Below, piece after piece: positions 47,466-59,300 of a stretch of 64,000 bases of DNA (positions are counted from its first letter, which is position 1; each line of letters begins with the position of its first letter). The notes under the pieces were generated by a model, which was not told the DNA's origin, ran no database searches, and saw nothing but the letters and a program-made list of their open reading frames with translations. The translations under genes and the position numbers were made by a program. Source of the DNA: Botryllus schlosseri (taxonomy: Eukaryota); the NCBI GenBank assembly GCA_051294905.1, contig CM119372.1, positions 744,001 to 808,000 of the forward strand, in the 5' to 3' direction.

Positions 47466-49209
47466 CTGTCCATTGTCCAACTATGATACTAAGTATAGGC
47501 CTAGGCTACAACGGGGCTGACTTTACAGGGAAGAGCAGACCACGAAGGTAATAGTAGGCTCGTGAAGCGTTGTGATACCAACATGAGGATCGATAGGCCG
47601 AATAACGTGCATTATACGGTGCACGACTAATCAATTAATTCTTACAAACAGGATTTGACTTTAATTCATGCGATAGCGATGCGCATTTGTGTATTTAGCA
47701 AAAATACCCACACGAGTATATAATGATAATCTGAAGGTTCGCATGTAAGAATGGTTGTACACTGTGTACAATGTACAGTTAAGGCTACGATTCGACATAC
47801 ATTCTCTCCAGAAACTGTGCTCCACCTCATATAGCAGTTCTATTTCGACTCGTATTTAGCAGTTTCCTTAATTTCCAACAATAAATAAGGTGCGCGTTTC
47901 CGTTTTGGTGTTAATGGCTTTGTTTCAAACCCGATGTCTCGTATATAAGTTTCGCAATAGCATAAAGACTTGGACTAGAAATTCTAGTTGTCTAATTAGC
48001 CTGATTAGAGTGAAATGTTAGTATAATCTAATTCTAATCTAATTTGTGAAATGTTTCTATGCTTTCATTTTAACTCTAATTCTTATTTCTATAGTTTTAT
48101 TGAAAATGCTTGAGTGAAAGAACTGTATCGTGCGAAACGAGCCAAGCTCGGTGTAGAGACATTTGCCCTTCTCGTACTTTGGAATAAACTCCGATTTGAT
48201 ATGATCTGAACTTGATTTAAGTTGTTTATCTTTCTATTCCGGAATTCAATTCCCGAGCTTTTGAAAATTCCGTAGGCTATTTCCAACCATAATATGGGCA
48301 ATAGCTGCAAATTTTGCAGTTATCCAACTTAAGTAGAATAGGCCGCACACAGCACACCGCAAACGTCTGGGTTGCGCACTGCGAATTCATAAGCGGTCGA
48401 ATGTATTGACGTAACGTAACAAACATATCTGGAGCTCATTGACTTTGAATTCGAACAATGACTAGCTTCAAACAACTCAAGATCTAAGAAGGCGCCTTAC
48501 TATTGCGATATCCCTGACCCGAAGCATTCCGTGAATTCCAGGTTCTTTCTGATTTAGACAGTTTAGATCTGGTCTGCATTGATTAAATATAGCCTCTTCC
48601 ACTGCAACATAGGCTGCTAGTCAGCTCTCGAGATTACCGGACCGCAATCTGACACATCGACCTCGCTTACCGACACACGCGTCACTCATTTTCATCGCTT
48701 GTCCATTTTATGTCATATTGTGCGACTTTTTATTTAGTACCTGCCTCTTATTCCCAGTCTGATTGTGAGACTACTCAAACAGATAGATACAGTTTCAGAT
48801 TTTCCAAATTAGATTCGAATTAGAATTATAGCGACACGGTTTCCCCCAAATTAGATAAGGATTAGAATGACCGAAATCGTAAAAAATGGATTTTGAATTA
48901 GAAATACACAATCGAGTTCAGTTCATATCAAATCAAACCAGAATTTCTCCTCATAAGCACGATAATAGCAAATGTCTGCACAGTGCGCACCGAGCGTGGT
49001 TCGCTTCTCACTAAATATACATATCTCCTGTTGTATTTTCAGGAAAACCAGAATTTATAAGGGCATATACACACATTTCTTTAGATTACCGGCAATTTGA
49101 TCTGATAAGTCAAAACGTAGAATTATCTAGTTGTCCAAGTCGTCTCGACCCTTTCGAACCCATTTTAGCACAAACTCGTAGCGTTTTGAAACGTTCGATA
49201 TTAATAAGA

Positions 49210-49590
49210 CTGTACCGATCCGGCACTTTCAGGTATGCCGACCTCAAGTGTGGAACAGTATCTCGCCGACTATAAAACAGTAGTCGAGCAGGTTCACATT
49301 CAAGTCACAATGCAAGCAATTTCCACTGAATGAATACTAGTCAACCTTCAAGATTACCAGACCTCGAATCGATCTGACATATCACCTCGCTTATTGACCC
49401 CTGCGTCAATCACTTTCATCGCTATAGTTTTATTTTAACCCTATTTCTTTGCATCCAGTGTGCATCCCTTTTCTTTACGTCGCCTAGGCCCAGGATGGGC
49501 GTCTCAATATAAAGACTGCTCTAAATCGTTTCGACACCTTCCTATCTTTTCATTGCATCGCAGTCTTGTGACGTTTTGAAATGATGAAAT
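49210..49590 (+). mobile_element. 5'-truncated LINE copy
   Basis: GTGTGGAACAGTATC...CACATTCAAGTC...3'UTR matches the family; a more degenerate copy lies at ~48620-48780. Confidence 0.7.
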
Positions 49591-50206
49591 TTCATATAAA
49601 CTGATACTGCTCCCAGAACACTAACATGACTACAAACTACACGCAATGCGTGCCTGAAATTCATCAACGTGCCGCTTTGGCGTCGTCGGATGTACAGCAA
49701 TTGATTACATACGCCTATGCTTGTATTGTCGCTACGTAAAGTCACGCGCAGAGCATTGTGTGTGGCGCGTATCGTCCATATGCTCCGGGCGCGCGCATCT
49801 ATAACTCGCCGCGCGCTTCCGGTAATTGGAAACCCGATTCGAGCACAATAATTGTGCACGGTTAGACGTTCTTGGCATCGACAATTGATCGGAAACTATA
49901 GAATACTGAGTCGTGATCTGATGAGTAGCGAATGAAATTTTTCTATTTTGAGTCACGGATATTTCCATTGAATGTCGTCAAAGAACGGTGAGGTGGCTTT
50001 GAAATCTTGGCTTGAAAAATCTCATTTTTCGCCACGAAAAGGAAAAGCAACCTGTCTAATGTCAAACGGTGCAGCAGCGAAACATTACGTTCGGTAATGT
50101 AGAACAAGTTCTGATCCTGACTCAGAAAGATTTTGGTGTGGTTTCGACTTGCAACCATCGCAAAGGTTGCAACAGATGTAGTCAAAGTCGCCGTCGGTAC
50201 CCAACC

Positions 50207-51203
50207 CAGTGTTCTGATACGTCACTACCTTCGAGTCACGAGTCATTTCGAGTCATTGCACATTTTGACTCGAGTTAAGTCAGGTCAATCGATTTTCAAA
50301 GATGACTCGAGTCAAAATGTGCAATAACTGGAAATGACTCGTGACTCGAAGGTAGTGACTCGAGTCAAGTCAGGTCAATCGATTTTCAAAGCTGACTCGA
50401 GTCAAGTAAAGTCACTCGATTTTAAAAAGGTGACTCGAGTCAAGTCTAGTCAAGTCTGAAAGTCAAGTCACGAGTCAAATCACATTTCAAGTCAAGTTGC
50501 GTTTTCGAAGTATGTATGAGGCATGATTACGTCATTGCAATTTGCTAGCTGTCTGAAATACAGTTTGAGTGGTCATTGATTCCGAGACGATGATCGAATA
50601 TATGGAGTTAAATATGCATGCAAGAAGGCGCTGTATCGCTCACATATACGTAGAAGTTAAACTACGAAATTGCATAGCCTCAGCTTATAGTTACCAGCCA
50701 AAATATAGAGTAGAGAAAGGAATTGATAAGATGCAATACATTATATCCATTTACAAATAGATATGATGCCATTCGAGCCTGCGCCAATGGTTGAGGACGA
50801 TATAAACTATATTCGACTTCAATTTCAATAAAACAAGAGGTTTGGTCAAGGTAAGAACAGATAGAAATTGCTATTCTATTACTTTACTACGAGAGTTACG
50901 ACAACGTAAGCTGTAAGCTTCGACCACCGCGTGTGCGGTCAATGTATTTGTGAGAGAACAACAGAGGCTCAGTGAAACGCACGGTCATTGAATGATTGGT
51001 CGCTCTTACGGGTTACACCAGCGTTTCCCGAACAATCTGAACATATGCAACATACAGTGATTTTGATCGACACCGATTACTTCATGACTTGAAATTGACT
51101 CGTGAATTTTGCACCGAGTCACGAGTCAATCCACATTTCTGATACGCCGAGTCAAGTTATGTCAAGTCATTTTAGCAAAGTGACTCGAGTCATCCCAACA
51201 CTA
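50207..51203. mobile_element. ~1-kb non-autonomous hAT-like element with GACTCGAGTC arrays
   Basis: Termini CAGTGTT.../...CCCAACACTA with dense GAGTCA/TGACTC at both ends; TSD not clean. Confidence 0.6.
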
Positions 51204-51354
51204 CGGTACTCAAGTAGAAGTAAAAGTAGAGATTTACAAGTAAGTAAAAAGTAAGTATTCTAGGCCTGATTACACCTGAAAACTGAAAACTGTCAAGTAG
51301 AACCAGTGTAACACATATACACTTGATGAGGTATTGCGATCAGGCCAAAACCTA

Positions 51355-51880
51355 CTCGTTCGGTTCGGTTTATTAGCAATTTTTATCAGTTCAATACACC
51401 ACAAAATTGCGTTACAATGAAAAGATAGGAAGGTGTCGAAACGACTTTTGGAGCATTCTTTGGAATCAGACACCCACCTTCGCCTACTAGGCGATGTAAA
51501 TAGGTCATAGGAGGCATACATACTGAATGAAAAGTAAAAGAAGATGGTATAGAAAAGCATGCGACAAAAACAGGGTGGCATTTTACGGAAGGCGAGATTG
51601 ATAGGTTAGGTCGTGGTCCGGTAATCATATGTGGGCTGACTAGTATTTATTTAGTAGAAATTGCTTGTTTTTCGACTTGAATGTGGACATGATCGTCGAC
51701 TGTCGGATGACCGGCGGGATACTGCTCCACACGTCAGATCCGGCATATTGGATGGAGCGATGATATTTTCGGCCGATCATATGATATTTGGACGACGTGG
51801 ACGCGCGTGTGTTGTAGCCTACTTGTGTGCTTTTGATTCCGAGGTAAAGAATTCATCGAAATATTTGGGGCAATAACCGC
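51355..51880 (-). mobile_element. 5'-truncated LINE copy with (CCGAA)n tail
   Basis: Closely similar to 33895-34390; the minus strand ends AATAAACCGAACCGAAC. Confidence 0.8.
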
Positions 51881-52187
51881 ACCTGACTTGTGTACTCTGA
51901 AAAAGAAAAGTCTATGCCAACAGAAAGAATTTGTGTATCATTTGAAAATCGCGCATTAACTTGTTTTGCTTCGCTATCTCCATGCCAACGCTTCAGTTCT
52001 CTCGTTTTCCTAACTTTGTATATTTTCTGTGTGACGTCATAATTAGCGATATATATTGTTGCTGAACATAGTTATTCGAATCCTCGCATTATTGCTGACG
52101 ATATTCCCCTGACGAGGGTCAGCCGAAAAGCTTCGGGAATAAAATGAATATTTTATTCAAATCTGAAAAAGGAGTAATACTGATGAG

Positions 52188-52319
52188 CAGTGTCTCCCTC
52201 TAATTTCGCACGAGTCTGCGCAAACACACCACCGTACATGCGCGGTTACTTGGATAACATGATAGCAGGTTTTTTGTACGCGCAGACTGTTCCAGCAGCG
52301 CAGCTCAGAGGGAACATTG
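52188..52319. mobile_element. 132-bp hAT MITE
   Basis: Termini CAGTGTCTCCCTCT / AGAGGGAACATTG with perfect TSD CTGATGAG; second copy at ~61012-61184. Confidence 0.8.
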
Positions 52320-52426
52320 CTGATGAGCTCTGCTTATAGGCGTTTCGATGCACACAAGCGCAGCAATGGCAATAAAGCTGTTCAAATAAATGCTATGGAG
52401 TTTCGAAAACGCGCTTTTAGGTATAT

Positions 52427-53003
52427 GCCGGTCACCTCTTAAATCGTCAGGTTGCAGTAGAAAACCTTGCTCACCAAATTTCACTCGATTCCAACCAGTA
52501 AAGGCCTCCGCAGATCCAATTAAAATTTTTAATTTATTACGGAAAATTGAAAAAAAATTTTCCATATTTTTCTGCCAACCCCATGAAATTGTTGAGCTAT
52601 CTTCAAAGACGTTGCAAAACAAATTTGAGTCAATTCCGACCAGTAGAAGCGGAGTTATGTGAGTTTTTCGATGATAATCCTGGGATTATCCTTGATCGGT
52701 GGGTAATCCGCGATTTATCAACGAAAAACTCACATAACTCCGCTTCTACTGGTCGGAATTAACTCAAATTTGTTTTGCAACGTCTTTGAAGACAGCTCAA
52801 CAATTTCATGGGGTTGGCAGGAAAATTTGGAAATTTTTTTTTCAATTTTCCGTAATAAATTAAAAATTTTAATTGGATCTGCGGAGGCCTTTACTGGTTG
52901 GAATCGAGTGAAATTTGGTGAGCAAGGTTTTCTACTGTAACCTGACGATTTAAGAGGTGACCGGCTTGAATCGGGAAAAGAAAGTTATTTTTGAACAGCC
53001 CTA
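52427..53003. mobile_element. Fold-back MITE with near-perfect ~250-bp arms
   Basis: 52427-52676 is the reverse complement of ~52714-52964 with few mismatches. Right end is ...TTATTTTTGAACAGCCCTA; the left terminus is missing. A degenerate relative lies at ~14068-14539. Confidence 0.85.
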
Positions 53004-53388
53004 TTGTACAGTCACATTATTCGTATTACGTCCATCAGTAGCGGTACTTGAAAAATAGGCCAAGAACTGTTGAATTTAGTATATTATGAATGCGACGCAT
53101 TCGATATCACGAAGCAGAGCTGTTAGCAGTGAGTTGAACATGACCCGAACTGTGAACAAATGACTTGGGACTGTGGTCTCAACACTATGTTAAGACCCGA
53201 CTCGGATATGTAAACGGGTTGAGGTTTTAGCAAAAATCCACTCGAACACTATAGGCTTCATTGACGTACAGTCTTCTTTCTAATTCTCTACTATATTTGC
53301 TGACGATGAACCATGGCGAGTGTCGGCCGAAAATATTCGAATTTATTTCAATATCAATATATTATTCGATTGAATTCACAGGGTTTTA

Positions 53389-56300
53389 TTAATGTTGCGC
53401 AATTGAAAGGAGCATGGCGCGGTATTGCTGTATCAGACCCTTTTCTTCATCGAGCATCACGTCGAGATATTCGTCGTGCTTCTGCGTCACGTCCTGCGCA
53501 ACCTCACGCATCATCACCAGCTCATCCTCGGTGTACTTGCTGCTGCCCTCTTGGTCCTGCAAAATTCGTGCCGGCAAAGACAAATGTGACATTCGTAAGC
53601 AGGAACCTCGAAAACCCCAGAAACGGCTCTCAGATGTTCTGCCAAATTTTTTTTTTTCATTTTCTTGATGAGTGTTATTAAACTTACTAGTAAATCTCTA
53701 CTTGTACTTGTAATTGAGAAGATTTTAATGACGTTATTTCTACTTCTACTCGAGTAGCAACGATGAATACCCTGATCACCTCTGTAATAATGATAATTAT
53801 TAATAAAACAACTAATCAGTTTGGTAAACATAAAATCCGACATACCAAATTGCCCCTATAAGCCTCGACCCATTCTGCCGGAATCTCGCCTGTTGCATTG
53901 GCCAGATATTCGGCGGCTTCCTCCATTGCACCGGAAAAATGATGCAGACAAGCTTTGGCGGTGGCCTCGTCGAATCCCATCGCTTTGAGCTGTTCGAGAG
54001 AAACACAGGAATTTTTCCACATTGATCTTTAGTGTCAGGCAAAATTCAGTACCCGAGCATCACTCGATATAACGGTGCGAAAGATGTGTAAGGTTCAAAT
54101 ATGTACCCTTTATGCAACCACAAACAATATAATGCCAGATTTACACCGCATTGAAGACCATGTCTAGTTCATTGCACTTTGTGAATATGCTGTGGATTCT
54201 TCTCAATTCTCGACTAGTTGGTGAGGATCACCCTTGGTCAAAAGTATTCGGGTAATCCAAAAAGTGAACATTCTACTTCTACAGAATCACTACAAGTCGT
54301 TTGAACTTCATTTAATCTCAATCTCATGACGTTTTAAAATGATGAATTTAATTCTCCAAAATCGCTTCTATTTCAACAAAACTCGATCACCCAAACCCGA
54401 TCAATAGATTAAATCGAACCCACCCGGGCCGCGGCAGTTTGCTTTGGTTTATTCCGACTTTGATTTTCCTCGCGAGACAGCCGCAGCGTATCTGGATCGT
54501 TGCTAATCATTTCGATTGCGTCACTCATTGCGTTGTTTGCGTGTTTCAGCGCTTCCACTGCTAAACCGGGGTCGAAACCCATTGTATCGACCAGATGGTG
54601 GTAGCTTTCAATGTTAACCGGGTCACCGTTGGCACAAGAACCGAATTCCCTGAAACGGGTAACAGTTAATCTTGAGACTCACGGAGGTGCAGAACTTCAA
54701 TATACAATTGAATAATACCTTCATATTGAAATCTCTCGTTGGAATTGGAATTGAGACAAATTAACTGTGCACCATTTATTTTTCAAACAACATAACAATT
54801 TTATGTGGTGGTAAAATTCATTTTTTCAAGGACCGCCAACAAAAATAGCCCTCAATTCGAAAATTGGCATGTTTCCAACAATTGGAGTGCTGAAATTCAA
54901 TGATCATAACAATGAGTCATTGTAGCACCACGATTGTTCAGAACAATGCCGCTTTCTATGCAGTCACGTGTTACGCATCTATCTGTCGGTCTAATACTCA
55001 AAGAAGTACTCACTTTTGCATTTTTCTCTTTCTCCTCCTCTCCTTTTCTCTCTTTTTCGTTTCTTGATTCTCCTCGCGCTGCTTGAAAGCCCATTGTGAC
55101 GCGAGAGTCACGTTCATATTGTTCTGTCTGCAAAAAGAAATGGGTTCAGCCCATTTGAGGCCAATTTCATATCATAATCAACATCAGTTCTATTATTTCC
55201 ATCCGCTTAAGCAGTGGAGACTTGCACCCACGCCAGCGCCACCATTGAATTAATTCAACTGGCGAGGAATGGGTATAGTTTGAACTTTCGTTAAGCTGCA
55301 GCTCCACTGCGGTGCCTTTCTCAAGAAATGGCTACGGCCAAAAAAAATTCCCGATTCTATCTTGAATCTGAGACCACATCATATTTAGAGCGCAGTGCCC
55401 TTTAATACAATATTGATGCATCACGTTCATAATAATAATAGTTATTACATTTCTAATGTCAAATTCACCAAGGGCCGGATTCACTGGTGACCCCCCAAGA
55501 TCAATGCTGTTTCAATTGTGAAGTAGTAAAGAATCACCTCAGAGCCCTACGAGCTTCACGAGCCGACAATCCCAGGCCCATCAGATCGCTGACTTTATCC
55601 TGGTCCACGGCCACCATCTTGGCAAAGCTGGAATGGAATGTCGGCATTTTATCCGTTTAGAGCGGTGCTTCCCAAACGTTTTGAGCTTGTGGCACACTAG
55701 AAAAATTAAACAGGCTCACTGCACACTTACGAGAGAAATATTACTTTATAATTTATTTTCACTTGTTTAAGTAGGGTTATAGGAACTTGACATTTTTGTA
55801 AATGGAAAATGACTTGACTCTCGCGTCAAAACTATGAAAGTAAACTGACTTGTTACTCGGAACCTTGTAACTAGGTTACAACTCTGCCCATCTAACTACA
55901 CTTCTAATACATTGCTATAGAAATTTATAGTCGACAAAATGAACTGTGTGCATCAACAGAGTCTCAGTTGCTAAAACATGCCATCAAGGTTATATGGGAA
56001 CTACCACTGAAAGAGCACAAGGAAGAAAGATAACTGCACCCACCCCTGAGCTTTATCGAGAAGTAGGCTGCATTCTTGGTAGTTTTCATCGTGATAGTGC
56101 AGGATCGCTTGCAACACATACAGACGAACAAACATGGTGATCTCGCTACCGGATGAGCCCTGTGAATGCGCGGTTTATTTCTCATGCCAACAGCACAAGT
56201 AGAGCCTCGCTGATATCGGATTTTTTAACCGATATTGAAAACATATAGCATCTAGCTTGAGGCGCATTTCCAAAACTTCGGAGCATTTATTTGAACAGCT

Positions 56301-59300
56301 GTTATGCTTGAGCATGAAATAAACGAGAAATACTGCATCCAGACACATGTAAGCTTTCATAAGTGCATTAATATTACCAGCCTAGACTTGCACAATTAGA
56401 TCATTCTCAAACGAGAACGACACGGACAGCGTAATGACGGTAAGCCCACCTTTCGAATGTTTATTCTGTGAGGCCATTTCTATTGCAATCGATTTTCTGG
56501 ATTCCCCAAAAATGCTTCAGCACTGTATAGCGCGACACGAGACAAGCTTGATGATATACTGACATTTGCCGTTCTCCTGCTTGTGACAATAACTTTGATT
56601 TAGATGAACCTACTTGATTTTTGTTGTACTTCTTTTTAATCAAGAATTGAATTCAATTTTAAAGTCTATGTGAATTCAGTAATTATAATTGTAATATAAT
56701 TTGAAAAAAAAACGTGTACCGTAATGTTCCAAGTATAGTACGCCGCCATGTATAATTCACACCCTTAAAATGGCATGAAAATTCTGGGAAAAAGCCTGTA
56801 CCCGTGTATAGTAGGCCTACGCATCCTGCATTCGCAGTAGGCCTACATGAATAGTTGTGCTTCAGTATACAATGTCATTCTGTTTTGCGATGTCACTGTT
56901 GAACAATCAAGACATAACGATCGCTAATCATTATACAATTACCGGCATTGTCTCTAAACGATAGTTGATAGCAGCCAAAATCTGCGGAGCTGGCGACGCG
57001 ATAGTACAGGCCAGTGGCACGGCATCTTGCGCATGACGTCTATTACAGATGCGATTGCTCAGGCCAACGGTTATCTCGTGCACACCAGGCCTGTTGGAGA
57101 TGCGACTGATTAGGCAAGCGATTATATCTTGCGCACATGGCCTGTTGTATATGCGATTGTTCAGGCGTATTGTTGATGCGATGAATTAGCAAGCTTGTGC
57201 AGCAATCAATGTCCAAATTTCGCTCGCGTACAAACGGCAAACCAACTCAGCAGGAGATCGCTTGCTGTACAGACGACTCTCGTTAATTGGCAACACGCTT
57301 CTCGCTGATTGGCAGCGCGTTCCACTTATAATACGAATTACTGGGCACGATGTCTGAAAGTGATGCGCGATTGGAAACAAACATGAAGAAAGGTGTGATT
57401 TCAAGTTCTTTTTCGAGATTAATTTCAAGGCTTGCTGTACCCATGTATAATATGCACCCCCTATTTTAGGGCAAAAAATCGTCCAGACGCAATCCTTCTT
57501 GTTCATTTCATGTCCAAGCTTAGCAATGGGTGCAAATCTATTCAACTATATGCTCTGACGTTTTGGAAATGTGCCTCAAACTAGACGCCACACCTCTGAA
57601 TATTGTTTTCATCACTCAAAAATCAGACGTCAGTCGGGCTTTAGTCACGAGTGCCGTTACCTTGATCGCTAGAAGTCTCTGTAGTGAGTCACCATACGAC
57701 TTCTTGAAAGCTTTTTCGCAAGAATCCAACCTTAGTTTCGCATCGGGCAACGCGGCAATATTCTTCGAGCAAACGTAACACCACACAATGTCCAAGCACA
57801 GCACTGCGTAATTATCGACCATCGATAAGATTTCAGAGCGGCACGTTTCGAATTCTTTATCGGCCTCGAGCAGGAGCAAGAGAGCCAGCTCGTACTCTTT
57901 TCTTTTCAGTATGGCTCGTCCTTTTTCGTGGAGTCCCAGAGCTATTGTGAGTGACCTTTTTTCTTCCGCCGGTATTTCGAGTGCTTGACCGTTTTGGTCT
58001 TCAATCTCAATGTCGTAGCCTCTGAACGCGAGTTTTTGAATTTTTACACAAACCTAGGTTGCGTCGACAGCCGACAGGAGTTTGTTATAATCTAAAAATA
58101 GTAGATTGGGTTGGACAGCTAGAGAATTTCCAGCTATTTCAAACTAGATTTAGAACGACATCTACACCAGTGGTTCGTAACCTTTTTTTAGACATGCCCC
58201 CCTTTTTGTTAGCAAAAACTTCGCGCCCCCCTTATTGTGATATCACAAAATATTAAAGTGAGAATATAGTTAACCCTTTTTATTAACTAAGTCGAAGTTA
58301 GCCTCGATTATTCCAATTTTTCATGCCGGTGACGTCATATTTGATGATGCGTTTGTTGATATACAATATCCTTTTCAATTCTTACTCGTTGCTGACGACT
58401 ACCCCTGACGAGTGTCAGCCGCGAATATTCAGGTTCATTTCAATATCAATATATTATTCAATTGAACAAGTTTAAAGTAAGGTATAAAGTAGACTTGGTG
58501 TTTGTTTGCATCAATTTTTTGAGTGAAATTGTCATAACTGGCAAAAAACCTGTAGCCTACCACAACAACTGAATGAATTTTTGAAAAATTGCACTTATTT
58601 GTTCAATATCAACCCGATTTCCACCAAATACCCAAGGGTTTGAAATTCGATATTGATGCGCGGCGATCAATATGGCGTATCAAGTACACAAGAATCAATA
58701 CAGACAACAGATGTTCACAAATGAGAAAGCGAGCACGCAATCTATAATTAACGTTCGCAGTGGAGTAACGATTATGCATATGCACGTGAGTGAATCCCAA
58801 ATCTCAGGCATACACAGACAAAAATCTACCACAATAGTCATCTGATACATTGCTACAGATTGCTATGCATCAACAAAGTGTTAACAGATTAAAAGCAGTA
58901 AAATATAATCTTTACGGATAATGAAAATATTATAATGAATATTTCTTGTGTTGTAGCTATTTCATTATTTAATAAGTTAGGCTTCTGCTGTCCCCTTTCA
59001 GACACCAGTTCAGAAATGCGAGACTTCACGTTGAAAAGTACGGTTGAATTGTTCGGTCGAAATGCAACAGCGTGATATCAATTGCTTAATTACAAATGAG
59101 CTTATAAATAGGTAGAATCGACATTTCAGAAGGACATGGCTTTCATTTCGAACCCAAACCTCCCCACTGCACACGGCATACCACCACTTAAGTCACAATA
59201 TGACTATCGCCCGACCCAAACTGCCTGAAATCAACGACAGGCACTAACAAATGGTTGGTAGTTCTAGTCAACAGCTGCCAGTTTTGCAAAGTGAGCAGTT

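Noticed and set aside
50230..50500. CRISPR-like repeat array
   Set aside because: Eukaryotic context, irregular spacing, no unique spacers or cas genes; these are subterminal motifs of a MITE.
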